From positions 86,182,001 to 86,246,000 of the forward strand of contig CM052816.1 of NCBI GenBank assembly GCA_028534125.1: 64,000 bases of DNA, in the 5' to 3' direction. This DNA is from Lama glama. Taxonomy: Eukaryota. Below the pieces are notes generated by a model. The model saw only the letters and a list, made by a program, of their open reading frames with translations. It was not told where the DNA came from and ran no database searches. A program made the position numbers and the translations under genes. Positions 13,360-26,300 of this stretch are shown here, piece after piece; the first letter of the stretch is position 1; every line of letters starts with the position of its first letter.

Positions 13360-13570
13360 GTACAATGTGGTATGGTATTGACTAGTCTAGGAGACAGGAG
13401 TCCTGTATTGTGTCCAGATTCTGAGTCACTTGGAGACCTTTGTAAATCATATTTCTACCTTTTTTCCCATATTTTAATTAAAGTTGCCCTAAGCATTAAA
13501 ATTTTTAATAGTACTTGTAGAGTTGCTGAAAAACACATATTATGCAAATATCAATTTATCATTATTATTA
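13360..13570 (+). mobile_element. Degenerate MIR
   Basis: ggagacaggagtcctgtattgtgtccagattctgagtcacttggagacctttgtaaatca at the start; tattattattaa-type tail. Confidence 0.45.
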
Positions 13571-13789
13571 ATTAAGAGTATGTTAATTGCATGTCTGCCT
13601 AAATAGGAAATCAACTTGCTTGTGACTGTTCTTATGTTATGTCTGGAGGGTATTTTCATAATCTTATGAGATTTCCTTGTGTGATCAACTTTATGCACAT
13701 TATTTATATATTTTGGACCAACAGATCCTATAGATTAAATAAATTTCATCATATCATTCATGTTAAATAAGTTGAAATGGTATAGAAAA

Positions 13790-15250
13790 ATATAAATTAT
13801 ACCAAATAAATACAAACATGAAAATTAAAAGTCCTAGAAGAAAAATAATGACTAAATCTTTGTGACTTAGGTTAGAAAAGTTTCTCAGGACACGAAAAAT
13901 AAAAGCATTAAAAATATTAATAATTTGACTTTATCAGAATTAAAATTTCCTGCTTTTTAAAGTAAATCATTAATATAATGTAAAAGGCAACCCATAGCCT
14001 GGGAGAAAGTATTTACAGTACATGTATTTGAGGGAAAAAAAGAGTAGTATTTATTTCCCTGTAATATATATAATGTACAGTTACAAATGAATAGTAAGTA
14101 ACGAACATCCCTAATAAAAATGAAATCAAAGAGTTTTGAACACACACTTCCAAAAAGAAAATATACAAATGTCCATTCAATAACCACACAAAGAAAATCA
14201 GCATTCTTAGCCATAAGGAGATTACAAATTAAAACCACAAATATAAAACTACAGACATATTCAAATGGCTTAAATTAAAACATGGCATTATTAAATTTTG
14301 ACATGAAGAAAGACAAACCTGACCTTTTAGGCTGCTGGTGGGATTGCAAGTGCTTTGGTGGTGGGCAAACAGTTCGGCAGTTTTCTGTTAAATTAAACAT
14401 ACACGTCCTCTGTGACTCAGCAATTCCACTCATAGTTGTTTACCCAAGAGAAATAAAAAATGATGCCACACAAAAGCTTGTATTCAAAAGTACAAATAAG
14501 CAAAAATAAAAACAAGCTGTATGTCCATCAAAAGGTGAATGGGTAAACTATGTTTGATATATTCACTAAATAATCCACTATTCAGCAATAAAAGGGAACG
14601 AACTAAAATACACCCAACATCCAGAGTAAAACTTTTATAATTATGTTGAGGGAAAGGAGTGACATAAAAAGACTACATATAATTCAATGGTATAAAATTC
14701 TAAATAGGTAAAAACTAATAAAGACTACAGGAAGCAGGTAACTTTAAGGAATGTTGACTGCAGTGAGGCATAAAAAGTTTTCATGAAGTAATGTGTTTTA
14801 TATCTTGATTGCAAGGGTGGTTACACTGATATATCATTTACAAAACTCACTGAACTGTGCAATAAGTGTAGGTGTCTTTTTTTACTTAAAAAATTTTTAA
14901 AAAGCAATATAATTTACTACATGTACAGAATAAAAGACCAAAAAAAACACATATGACCATCTCAGTAGATGCAAAAAAATAATCCACTCATAATAAAATT
15001 AAAGGGATCTATGAAATATAAGGAAACTTCCTCAGGCTGGTAATGAGCATCCACAAAAAACAAACAAGTAAACAACAAAAACACCTACATCTAGTTTTCA
15101 GGTGGAAAAAAAGACTTTTGCAGTCTAGCATGCTGTCAGTTAATACGTGTGCCATTTGGTAAAGAAGCAACATAAAGATATGCTTTACTAAAAATAATGA
15201 AACAAGCAAAAAGTATGAATATGTGATCCAGGAAGAAAAAGTGAACATTA
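13790..15250 (+). mobile_element. Old L1 fragments (ORF2 3' end and 3'UTR to ~14900, then a second ORF2 piece)
   Basis: gtcctagaagaaaa, aaaaggcaacccatagcctgggagaaagtattt, tgtgactcagcaattccactcatag, catatgaccatctcagtagatgcaaaaaaa. Confidence 0.8.
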
Positions 15251-15723
15251 AGATAAATAGTGAATACCCAAATTCTGAGAATTTCTGTTAAATAGAAAAA
15301 ATGGTGAGCAGAAATCACCAGGAGAAAAAAATTCAACAAAATTTTCAATAAATTGGAATCAGAAGTTTTCATAGTGATTATATAGATTGTGGAAGCAATT
15401 TGTAACAAATGCATAGAAAGTAAGCAACCCAGAAGTATGGCAATTGATAATCGGAATAAATCAGAGTTATACTAGAAAAATTCACCAGTGAGCAACATTA
15501 ATAGATAGATAAATACATAGAGTTGAAATATTGATTGTTGTCAAAAATTTGTGCTGTGCCCATAATATGAGCAAATGGGAAGTAAAATTGAGGCTAGCGA
15601 TTTAAGATTGTTAAATAGCTATATTTAATAAAAAGAAAAAAATAAAATATGTAAATTTGATTAACAATAAATTATATAATTATAATACTTAGAAACATGC
15701 AGAGAAAAATCAGAAGAAATGCA

Positions 15724-16087
15724 CTATCATCAATAACTAAATCACTATGCTGTACACCAGAAATTAACACAATGTTGTAAACTGACTATACTTCAATTTA
15801 AAAAAAAAGAAAAAAAGATTCTGCTAGGTATCAGGTACTGTGCTATGGGACAAAGAATTCAGAGGGGAGAAAAAACAAAAAGTAAAGAAATGTTTGTGCA
15901 AGGAATTTTATCATACAGAATAAAGTCATGACCAAAAGAAAAAGAATTGATATTGCCCTCCATCTTTTCTTAAGCTCTTGACCTGTATATACAACTGCCT
16001 AATGAGCACCTTGCCTTGGATTGTCCACTGCAAACTCAACACAATAAAAATTAAGATTATAGTCCCTCAAGAAAAAAAAAAAAAGAA
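15724..16087 (+). mobile_element. Severely 5'-truncated L1 (~85 bp) with an apparent 3' transduction
   Basis: L1 terminus aatcactatgctgtacaccagaaattaacacaatgttgtaaactgactatacttcaat plus A-tail (to ~15817); ~250 bp non-L1 sequence; AATAAA 16043-16048; second A-tail ~16069-16087; direct repeat aagaaatgca at 15714-15723 and 16088-16097. Confidence 0.75.
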
Positions 16088-16458
16088 AAGAAATGCAAAT
16101 TTAAATCAAAATAATGCCTTTAGAAGTATTACTGGAAGTTTGAAAAGACTGGCAAAGGGACTTCCATTTTTTGGTTGAAATTTTTAGAGAATAATCTATC
16201 TAATTTTCTGAAATAAAAATTAAAGTATAAAGACAGTAATTATTGGACAAAACTAACTAGAATTTTAGAAAAATGTACTTGAATTTATATCACATTAAAA
16301 TTAAGTCCAGGAAGAAAAATGAGTTAAAAGCAAAGAAAAAATATTGTATTATGTATAATAAGAAAATACATAGTATATTATATTGCATATCATATTACTT
16401 ATTAATATAAAGTAGAGTTTGTTATATATTACATTTTATTAAATATATAATACATATA

Positions 16459-16939
16459 TGTGAGGTGGAGCAAAATATGCCACTCCAAAATATGCCACTT
16501 TGGCATATTATTTTGGATTGCAGTTACTTAAGAAAACAGCCAGTGCAAGAAGGACACTCTGACCCTACTTCGCCCCCTCCCTGAAAACAGGAAATAGATC
16601 TTTGTGTGAAGGTATTCACTCTCTAAACCAGGACAGGAGACATTCTTATCAACAGAGATAGAGAATTCAAGGCCAAGAGGGCTATATAAACAAACGTTGT
16701 TACTTCATTAATTTGGTACCACAACCCAAACCCCTTTGTCTTGTCAAATCTTCACAAATAATTTTTTTCTTTGTCTAAAAGATATAAAAAACTGCCTGAT
16801 TTGGTCACTTCTTTGAGTCTCATATCTTTGGGATCCTCATATGTGTGAAATTAAATTTAGTTTTCTTCCTGTGAATCCGTCTCATGTCAGTTTACCTATT
16901 AAACCAGCCAAAAATGGTGAAAAGTTTTCCTCCCCTACA
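16459..16939 (+). mobile_element. ERV1 solo LTR (MER34-like)
   Basis: tgtgaggtggagcaaaatatgccactccaaaatatgccactttggcat...aagttttcctcccctaca; TG...CA termini; flanks tata/cata. Confidence 0.85.
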
Positions 16940-18007
16940 CATACATACCTCAAAGCTTGGAATGGAAGATGCGTTTTGAACATGTTATGAAATGCAGAGA
17001 CCCCATAAAAGGCAAGCAACTGGACACCAGTAGAACATACAAGCTTACAAAGCAAGGAGAGAACTGACCAAGAAGTGGACTTACTCCTTTCTCATCAACA
17101 ACATGAAGTTGTTTTCACAGCTTCCCATTGCTTGGAATTGACTTCAGAAGAGTAGGGCTCCAGAAAAAAATCGAGAGCAAATTTCAAATATAAATGTGAC
17201 TGATTAAATGATAAACTGAAATTGAGAAAAAAAATCAGTATCTAGATTAAACTGTCTGATATTTGGAAGATTGGCTTCTTTTAGAAATGTTAAACAATGA
17301 AATATTAGAATAAAAGTAATTAAAAATTTAAATATTTAACTTTATGACTGTAAAAAGGACGCAGCAGCTACAGGACCATATCAAAAAAATATTTTTTGGC
17401 ACTATTTATTTAGTTATTTGGCTGACTTTTCGATATCCATTTTTATTCTCTCATGATTTTTTCCTAGATAGCACACTTGCACATAATAATCATTGTCATT
17501 TTCTTCCTTTTATTTGCTTTTCACGGCTAATTGCATAGCCTTCTGTTCTATGCTTGAATCACAGCAATGTAGAGGACATATATGTATCTATTTGTTCTAT
17601 CTTAATTACATTACACTGTCTTGATAACTGTTATGATAACTGCCATCTACTTGTATTGGCCAATATTTGGCATTTAACCCTTTTATGAATTGCATCAAGT
17701 TTCATGAGAAACAGTATTATGATTTTTTTCTCTAAATTGCATGATAAATCTCTCTATTTGTATTTAGTACTTTATTGTTGTTTTTTTCCCCCTAGGAACA
17801 TTATAATATATACTGCAACAATGAAATGGAATGTTTTTTTCTGCTAGTCTTTCTGAGTCTTGCTGGTGTCATTTTACTTTTAATATGTTTAAGATTTTTA
17901 AAATATGTGTGTAACTCATATATAGTGTTATATAACACAATAAACTCCCCCAAGTTTTCATTTTGATACCTTTGTCTTAAGCTTGAAAATGTCTCCCAAG
18001 CAGAGAT

Positions 18008-18105
18008 TTGAAAGGAGAAAAAGGAGGAAAAGGATGAGGAGGAGGATGAAGACTATGAAAAGAGAAGGGGGTGCAAAACGAAGAAAAGATAAAAGAAAAA
18101 AGAAA
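18008..18105. repeat. GA-rich low-complexity tract
   Basis: gaaaggagaaaaaggaggaaaaggatgaggaggaggatgaag... Confidence 0.7.
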
Positions 18106-19074
18106 TGGTCCAGAAGAAACTCAGCCTCCTACTTGGCTGGGCCTCTACTGCTTGCCCGCATGGCAGCACTTGAACTGTTAGCAGACCCTGCTAGGTGCCG
18201 TGCCAGTCAGTGGTCAGCTGGATCAGTTTCTTTTACTGCAGTCTCCCGCCCCAGGTTTACAGACAAATTTCCAACGTTCCATGCAAGGACATATGACACA
18301 AGTTTGGCAGTGTTTAAATAGGGTAAATACTGCTTTCTTAATATAAGCACCTTTTTGCTCATGGCTGTTCACACTTTCTTGCTGCTTAGATGCAAACCTG
18401 CTAGCTGGAGCTTAGGCAACCTGGGCAGTAGGAAACTGAGAGGAAGGGCAAGAAAATTGCAGAAATCTCAGTTCTGACCCTCATGAGCCATTGAAATGAT
18501 TTTAGTCTCCTAATCCTTTGACGAAAAATTAGCCCGTAATTGTTTAAGCGAGTGAGGATAAGTTTTTTGTTTCTCACGGCTGAATACAATCACCGACTGC
18601 TGCAGCCCTCCATGAAGTTTCAACCTGCCTGCTGGAAAAGCATTGCTAGTGCAATGATCCTCCCAGTCAGGGAGGTAAACAGCCCAGGTGCCAAGAACAA
18701 TTTACTTATCCTGTGATGTGCTGCCTCCCACCAATGTTTCAAGTTCAGTCATTACCACCTTCCCATGGATAACCCTAGGGCATTATGTGAAAAATTACTC
18801 CTGTAATATGTCCCTTCAGTGCCATCCACTCCGGGATTCTGCTATGCTGTGAACACAGTTAATTCCAAAATAAGGCATGTATTTTAAACACCAAGAAGTT
18901 TGAAAGGAATGCTTTGTAACAGGAGGATTACGTAGCATGAAGTGTCAATGTATATCTCTATTGTAGAAAATCAAACATGTAATTGTCACATTAGAGTCTG
19001 TGGCTCTGGAAAGAATCTTTGAAGTTTCTGATTTGGAAGCTTATGGGCAAGATGCTCTTAAATAATCTAGGACG

Positions 19075-19288
19075 TGAGTTAGGAACTTCAGCCAACAGGC
19101 CAAATCCAGTCCTACATCTGCAAACTAAGTTTTATTGAAAGACAGTCACACTAATTTGTTTTTTATTTGCATATTGTCTGTGACAGTAGACATGACAGAG
19201 TTAAGTAGTGGCAGCTGAGACCATGTATGTTGTCCATAAAGCTGAAAATATTTACGATCTGCCCCTTTAACAGAAAGATGCTGCCAAA
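19075..19288. mobile_element. MER58A-like hAT-Charlie element
   Basis: aggccaaatccag...aagttttattgaaagacagtcacac...aaagctgaaaatatttacgatctgcccctttaacagaaa. Confidence 0.8.
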
Positions 19289-19689
19289 ATTTAGCTTTCA
19301 TTTGGCTTTTTATAATGGGGATAGTATAAAACAACACATACAACGTGAGGAAAATATATCTGAAACTACATCAAAAATCTATTAGAAAATGGCTAATGCA
19401 GTAATGCATTTGAGAAGCTTTTGGGTAGACTTAAAGAGTATAAAATTAAAATAGGTAATCTTAAAAAAAACATCTTCAAAATAATTTAATATATATAGTA
19501 GAAGAAGGTTAAATAAACTGTATAAACAGCCTTTAAGATGGGTTTACTCACATATTATCTCTCTCTCTCTATATATATATATATAAAATACCATGATTCT
19601 ATAAGCCCATGAATGATAGTTTTGACAAACAACTGTATATATACTATACACTATATAAATATACACATAATGTATATTTATTATAATAG

Positions 19690-20095
19690 TTTGATGTGAT
19701 TATGGAGGTTGAAAATTCTAAGATCTACATTTACCAAGGTGGGACCCAGGACGATCAATATTATAGCTCAAGTTCATGTCTGAAGCCCTGACAAACCAGG
19801 AGAGCTGATGGTGTAAAGTCCAGTCCAAGTCTGAAGATCGGAAGGCTTGTCTCAGCTTGAAGACCATCAGGCAGAGAGAGAATGCTATGTTGCTCTGCTT
19901 TTAATGCTCTAATTAGGCCTTCAATGGATTGGATGAGGCCTGCCCACATTTGGAAGGACAATCTGCTCTACTTGTTCTGCAGATTCAGTTGTTAATCTCA
20001 TCCAGGAACACCTTCGTAGACACACCCAAAATAATGTTTAACCAAATATCTGGTCATGCTGTGGTCCAGTCAAACTGACACATAGTTAATCATTT
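19690..20095 (-). mobile_element. MLT2 (ERVL) LTR
   Basis: ggattggatgaggcctgcccacatttggaaggacaatctgctctac...gttaatctcatccaggaacacc...ccaaatatctgg...ccagtcaaactgacacata. Confidence 0.88.
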
Positions 20096-20394
20096 TATAT
20101 GATATATATATATATAATTTATATGAATCACTTAAAATCCTATAAAATAGGCATTGAAGAAAATTCAAAAACAACTATTTTGTCATTTTTTACTCATTAA
20201 TATTTATTGTGATTTCTGTTTTATTATAAGACCCTTATGCCTTTAAGATGTTAAGCAGCCAGTGATCAGCCCTTGGAGATCCTAATGTGCCCGTGTTTCC
20301 TACCATTCACCATTAATAGTGAAATCAGATGTAAATATTTCATTTCTCTGGAGTGTTAGACATTTCACTTTAGTAACCATTACTATTGAACAGT

Positions 20395-20700
20395 GATATT
20401 TCTCTCTTGCACAGGGAAAAATTACCCTTCCTACACACTTTGGAGTTAACAATGACAATGTGAAATGTTTCTTACAGATTGAAGCATTTCAAAGCTGATT
20501 CACATTTTTTTTCTCTCTTTTTTCCTGTTAAGGTGAATCATGCAGCTTCACAGTAGATCATCTTGGGTTCCTGATAGAATACAATGAATAGAAAATTTCT
20601 GCCTATCCACAATAGATATATTCTTGGGTAAGAAATCTTTTTCTTGTATATGAATAATACTTGGAGGTTGTTTCTAATGCAATATAAATTAGCTTTGTAT
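20395..20700 (+). mobile_element. Ancient MaLR (MLT1-type) LTR remnant
   Basis: Degenerate MLT1 motifs (ggagttaacaatgacaatgtgaaatgtttc; gtaagaaatctttttcttgtat...ttggaggttgtttctaatgcaatata). Confidence 0.4.
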
Positions 20701-21449
20701 TGATTTGTAAACACTATTCAAGTTTTTAACTCTAATTACAAAAAATTTTTTTAACTGTTCTTTCAAAGAGAATATAGTATATGTAGCATTAGGCAACAAA
20801 CTATTAGGAAGTTACTATAAAAAGAATATATGTGTGAAGTTGAATTTCAGAAAATGTTAAATTAAAATAATAGCATATCATAGCCTTTTGACTCTTCAGA
20901 TATGTGTCCAGTGGGTACAATCTCAACTTTGTCTGAATCGTTCCACTGTTTCACGTTTTTCAACAGATGAGATGTCTGGAGAGCTAGAACTCTTATGCCT
21001 CCAAGCCACTTCTTAAATTTTGTTCAGAATGCACCAGCTGTTTCTCTGTTTTAGCAGTGTGAAAAATAGTTAGCTCCCAAAACAATGCCACTTTTTCTCT
21101 CTAGTTTTGTGTTTAGTCCAGCTGGATCCATCATAATTTTACCTTAGAGTGTCACTTGTATAAACAGGTACAGGACTATCCCTCACTGAATTTCTTTAGA
21201 AAATGAGATTATTGTAAGATCACAACTAAGTAATTAGTCCCATTACAACAAATATGAAGATTATGTATCTATATATATATCATCAAATATGAAGAAATAT
21301 GAGGGAGACTTATATGTACATATATTTACTATTTGTCCAGAAATGAATTGGCAAATAAACCTCCCGACCCTTATGTAGCATTTATCTCGAGAATCATTTC
21401 CTCTTTTCCATTGTGTGTTTCATTTGTTGCCATATTCATTTCTTTTACT

Positions 21450-21860
21450 ATACTTTTAAATAGATCTTCTATTTCAGAGGAGTTTTAGTTTCACAGCAAA
21501 ACTGAGCAGAAGGTACAAAGATTTTTCCATATCCTCTACCTCTAGGCATGCATAACCTTCATCATTATGAACATCACCCATCAGAGTAGCACATTTATTA
21601 AAAATGTTGAACCTACATTGACACATCATTATCACCCAGAACCCATATTTTACATTAGGGTTCACTCTTAATGTTGTACATTTTTTGCAGTTGGACAAAT
21701 ATATAATGGCATGTATTAATTCACCATTATGATATCATAAACAGTAGTTTCACTGCCCTAAATGTTCTTTGTGCTCCGTATATTCATCTGTCTCTCTCTC
21801 TCTCTCTTATCCCCTGACAACCACTGGCTTTTTACCATTTCCATATTTTTGCCTTTGACA
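21450..21860 (-). mobile_element. L1 3' end (L1MB/MC-type)
   Basis: agttttagtttcacagcaaaactgagcagaaggtacaaag...gaacctacattgacacatcattatcacccag. Confidence 0.88.
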
Positions 21861-23371
21861 TATTTGCTTTATATATTTATAGTATATTCCATTATTTAAT
21901 TTAAAAATTATTATTATATTTGGTAAATTCTTTTCAGGTATGTGTCTTTGAATTATCAGGAATACACTTTGATTTCATAGTTCTAATAACATAAACTATA
22001 GCCCACGTAATCCAAAGTTGCTCTTCCTCCTCCTCACACAGGGGATATGTTATCTTTGTGTACCATTTTTGCCCTATTCCATAACATTCAAATGGAAGAC
22101 ACAACAAAAATACCAACATTCTGCAAAGTCTTTAATTCTGTATCTCACTTATTAGGCTTGTTTTTTTCTCCCTGGACTCATCTCACATAGGATCAATTGA
22201 GGAATTTAATAAGACATAACCAGTTTATCAACAAAAGGTTCTTGGGCCAAAAACATCCTGAAGGATGATAATTGAAAAAAAAATGTCGTCTTTTATAATT
22301 TAGCTCCTTATGGCCCGTTCCTGAAAAGAAGGCCTAAAAATAAATGTTTACATAAGTTTACAACACTTTGAATATATTAATTAATCAGAAATAAGTGTCA
22401 CAACCTTTAAGTCACAAGAATTTTAGATGAGGCAATGACCTCTGGAGGCTGGTTAATTGGCTATAATGTAATAAATGGGATTAAATTTAAATTAAAATTT
22501 AAGGAAAGAACTAGACTTGGTAAAGAAAGAAGGAGAAGATACCAAGGAGAGGACATGCTGGGGAAAACACAGAAGGTGAAGAAACACACATTTTCAGGGA
22601 GGAGACCTTTTAGGTATAAATGGAACCTTGATGAGGAGCAATGATGTGATACAAGAATAAAGAGGTAGATGAAAAACCAGATTGTGCAGAAACTTGGTTG
22701 CTAAACTAACCAACCCAAAGTTACACTTTAGAACACCACAAATGTTGTTTTAGGTGTCTCATTCTCATACTATCAATAATAAATAGTGACTCAATAGTGA
22801 AAGGCATGCATAATGAAAGATAATGGAAACTTATAAAGTAGAAAATGATGAGACTAAGCACAGATACAGACAATTCTGAATGTATACTCTTATTGAACAT
22901 AGTGAACAATTCATTGAATTGAAGATAATCATATTGCAAAATCTCTGACAGTGCAGGATTTGTTCACCACAGTAAAAGATCTTGAAAAAGAAGAGAGGGG
23001 GAAAAAAACCCTAAGGAAATATATAACCTTACTTCATTTGGGTGAGAAGAATGTTTGAGATATTATTAATATAATGATTGTACTTTGTAGATGACTTAGT
23101 GTTTTAGACATACCTTACTTCTTCCATCAGATCCAAAAATGGGCTTTGGAAACAGCAAACTTTTTTAAATTGGAAAATTCACCACATTTTCATAAGTATT
23201 TTGTCCTTATTCCTCTTTTTGATACTTAACAGTATAAAATATTTATAGATTATCCAAAATAAGACATTCAAAGAAAGGTTATAGGTAGAACCAAGCTACA
23301 TATTACCTATATATCAAATAAACTAAGACAGACGATTTTTTATCATTCTATAATTTTTGACGAGAGTATTT

Positions 23372-26300
23372 TTTGTTCATTTTTATTGAAATATAGTTGA
23401 TTTACAATATTGTGTTAGTTTCAGTTGTACTACTAAGTGATTCAGTAACACATATATTATTTTTTTCAAATAATTTTCCATTATAGGTCATTACAAGGTA
23501 TTAAATATTATTCCCTGTGTTATATAGTACATCCTGGTTGCTTATTTATTTTATATATAGTAGTCTGTATCTGTTAATACATCCCTCCCCTCCTTTTTCC
23601 CTGATGGCAACCATAAGTGTTTTATCTGTGTATGTAGCTCTGTTTGTTTTGCAAATGGATTCACTTGTATTATTTTTTTAGATTCCACATCAAAGTAGTA
23701 TCATATATTTGTCTTCCTCTGTCTAACTTAATTCACTTACTGTGATATCCTCTTGGTCCAACCATGTTGTAGCAAATGGCAATATTTTATTCTTTTTTAT
23801 GGCTGAGTAATATTCTGTTGTATATAAATATCACGTATTTATCCATCCATCTGTTGATGAACACTTTGGTTGCTTCCATGTCTTGAGTGTTATGAACAAT
23901 GAACTGCATATATCTTTTTGAATTACAATTTTTTGTCTTTTCTGAATATATACCCAGGAATAGGATTGCTGTATCATATGGTAGTTCTATTTTTAGTATT
24001 TTAAGGAATCCCCATACCATCTTCCATAGTGGCAGTACCAATTTACATTCCCACAAACAATGTAGGAGGGTCCCCTTTTGTCTATATCCTCTTCAGCATT
24101 TATTAGCAGTAAACTTTTTGATGATGGCCATTCTGACCAGTGTGAGGTGATCACTTTGGCTTTGATCGGCACTTCTCCAATACTTAGTGATGTTGAGCAT
24201 CTTTTCATGTGTCTGTTGGCCATCTGGATGTCTTCTTTGGAGAAATGTCTTTTTAGTTCTTTTGCCTATTTTTTGATTGGGTTGTTATATTGAATTGTAT
24301 GAACTGTTCTGTATATTTTGGAAATTAATTCATTGTTGATCAAATCATTTATAAATATTTTCTACCAATCTGTAGATTGTCTTTTCATTTTGTTGATGGT
24401 TTCCTTTGTTGTGCAAAAGTTTTTAAGTTTGATCACATCCTATTCATTTATTTTTTCTTTTATTTCTATTGCCTTTTAGATTGACCTAAGAAAACATAGC
24501 TACAGTTTAAATCAGAGAATGTTTTACCTACGTTCTTTTCTAGGAGTTTATGGTGTCATGTTTTAAATTTAGGTCTTTAAACAATTTTTGAGTTTATTTT
24601 TGTGTATGGTGTGAGGGAGTGGTCTAACTTCATTGATTTGCATGCAGCTGTCCAGCTTTCCCAACACCACTTGCTGAAGAGACTGTCTTTTCTCCATTGT
24701 ATAAACTTGTCTCCTTTGTCAAAGATTAGTTGACCATAGGTGTGTGAGATTAGTTCTGGGCTCTCTAGTCTGTTCCACTGATCCTTATGTCTGTTTTCAA
24801 GCTAATACTTTACAGTATTGCCTGAACTCTGAGATGGTTATGCCTCCAGCTTTGTTCTTTTTCCTCAGACTTGCTTTGACAACTCTGGGTTATTTGTGCT
24901 TCCATATAAATTTTAGGATTATTTGTTATAGTTTTGCGAAAAAGGTCATAAGTAATTTGATAGTGGTTACATTAAATCTGTAGATTGCTTTGGTTATTCA
25001 TGGCCATTCTGACAATATTAATTCTTATAATACAAGAACACAGGATATCTTTCCATTTCTTTGAATCAGCTTCAATTTACTTTATCAGTGTTTTATAGTT
25101 CTCAGTGTATACATTTTTCACCTCCTTGGTTAAATTTATTCTTAAGTATTTTACTTTTTGATGCAATTTTAAATGGGATTTTTTGTTTTTACTTTTTCTT
25201 TCTAATATTTCATTTTTAGGATAAAGAAATGTAACATATTTCTGATATTAACCTTGTATCCTGGTACATTGCTGAATTTATTTATCAGTTCTAACAGTTT
25301 TTGTGTAGAATCTTTAGGATTTTCTATATTGTATGTTTTTAATTTTTGGCTACCCTGATTTTCAAGTATGTTAGCCCATAACTGTATGTACTTACTTTAG
25401 ACTGATAGTCATATAAATTCAAACACATTCTGAAGCTCTACATTTTTATTCCCCTCCCTAACATTTTTTGATTTTGGTGCCCTGTTTTTCATCTTCATGT
25501 TTATCGTTTTGCTGTTAATTGTAGCTAACCACTTCTACAATTAAAAAAATTTTTTAACCTATGTGTTGGTTTATTTTAAGTGATTTTTATTCTTTTTAGA
25601 TATTTATCTATTATATTGTGTTTGCCCTCTTCCTTAAGATTCTTGCTTCTTTTCTATTTAGAGAAGATCTTTTCAATATTGCTTTTAGGTTATGTTTAGT
25701 ATTGCTGTATTCTTTTGCTTGTCTGAGAAATTCTAATTGCCTCCTCCTGTTCTAAATGTTAATCTTACTGAGTAGAATATCCTAGGTTGCAGGTTCTTCC
25801 ATTTGAGGAGTTTGAATATATTATGCCACTCCCTTTTGGCCTGCAAAGTTTCTGTAGAGAAACCCACTGATAGCCTTATGGGGGTTCCATTGTAACTGAT
25901 TCTTTGTTTTTCTCTTGCTGCCTTTAGAAGTTTCTCTTTAACTTATGCCATTTCAATTATGATATATCTTGATGTGAGTCTGTTTTGGTTTATCTTGTTT
26001 GGATTCCCTTCTTCTTGCACCTGAATATCTGTTTCCTTCTTTAGATTTGGGAATTTTTCTGCCATAATTTCTTCAAGTATATTTCAATCTACTTTTTTCT
26101 TTCTTTTGCTTCTGGAACCCCTGTTAAGGGTAGGTTGGCATGCTTTATATTAAGCTATAGATCTCATATGTTGCTTTCTTTTTGTTTGTTTATTTATTTG
26201 TCTTTCTGTCTGCTGTTCTGATTGGGTGATTTCCTTTATTCTATCTTTCACATCATTTATTCTTTCTTCTCCATTAGTTTGCTATTCATTGTTTTTAGCT

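Noticed and set aside
17983..18321. Arg/Lys-rich 112-aa ORF resembling a protamine or NLS
   Set aside because: The basic part is the translation of a GA-rich low-complexity tract, and the start is non-ATG.
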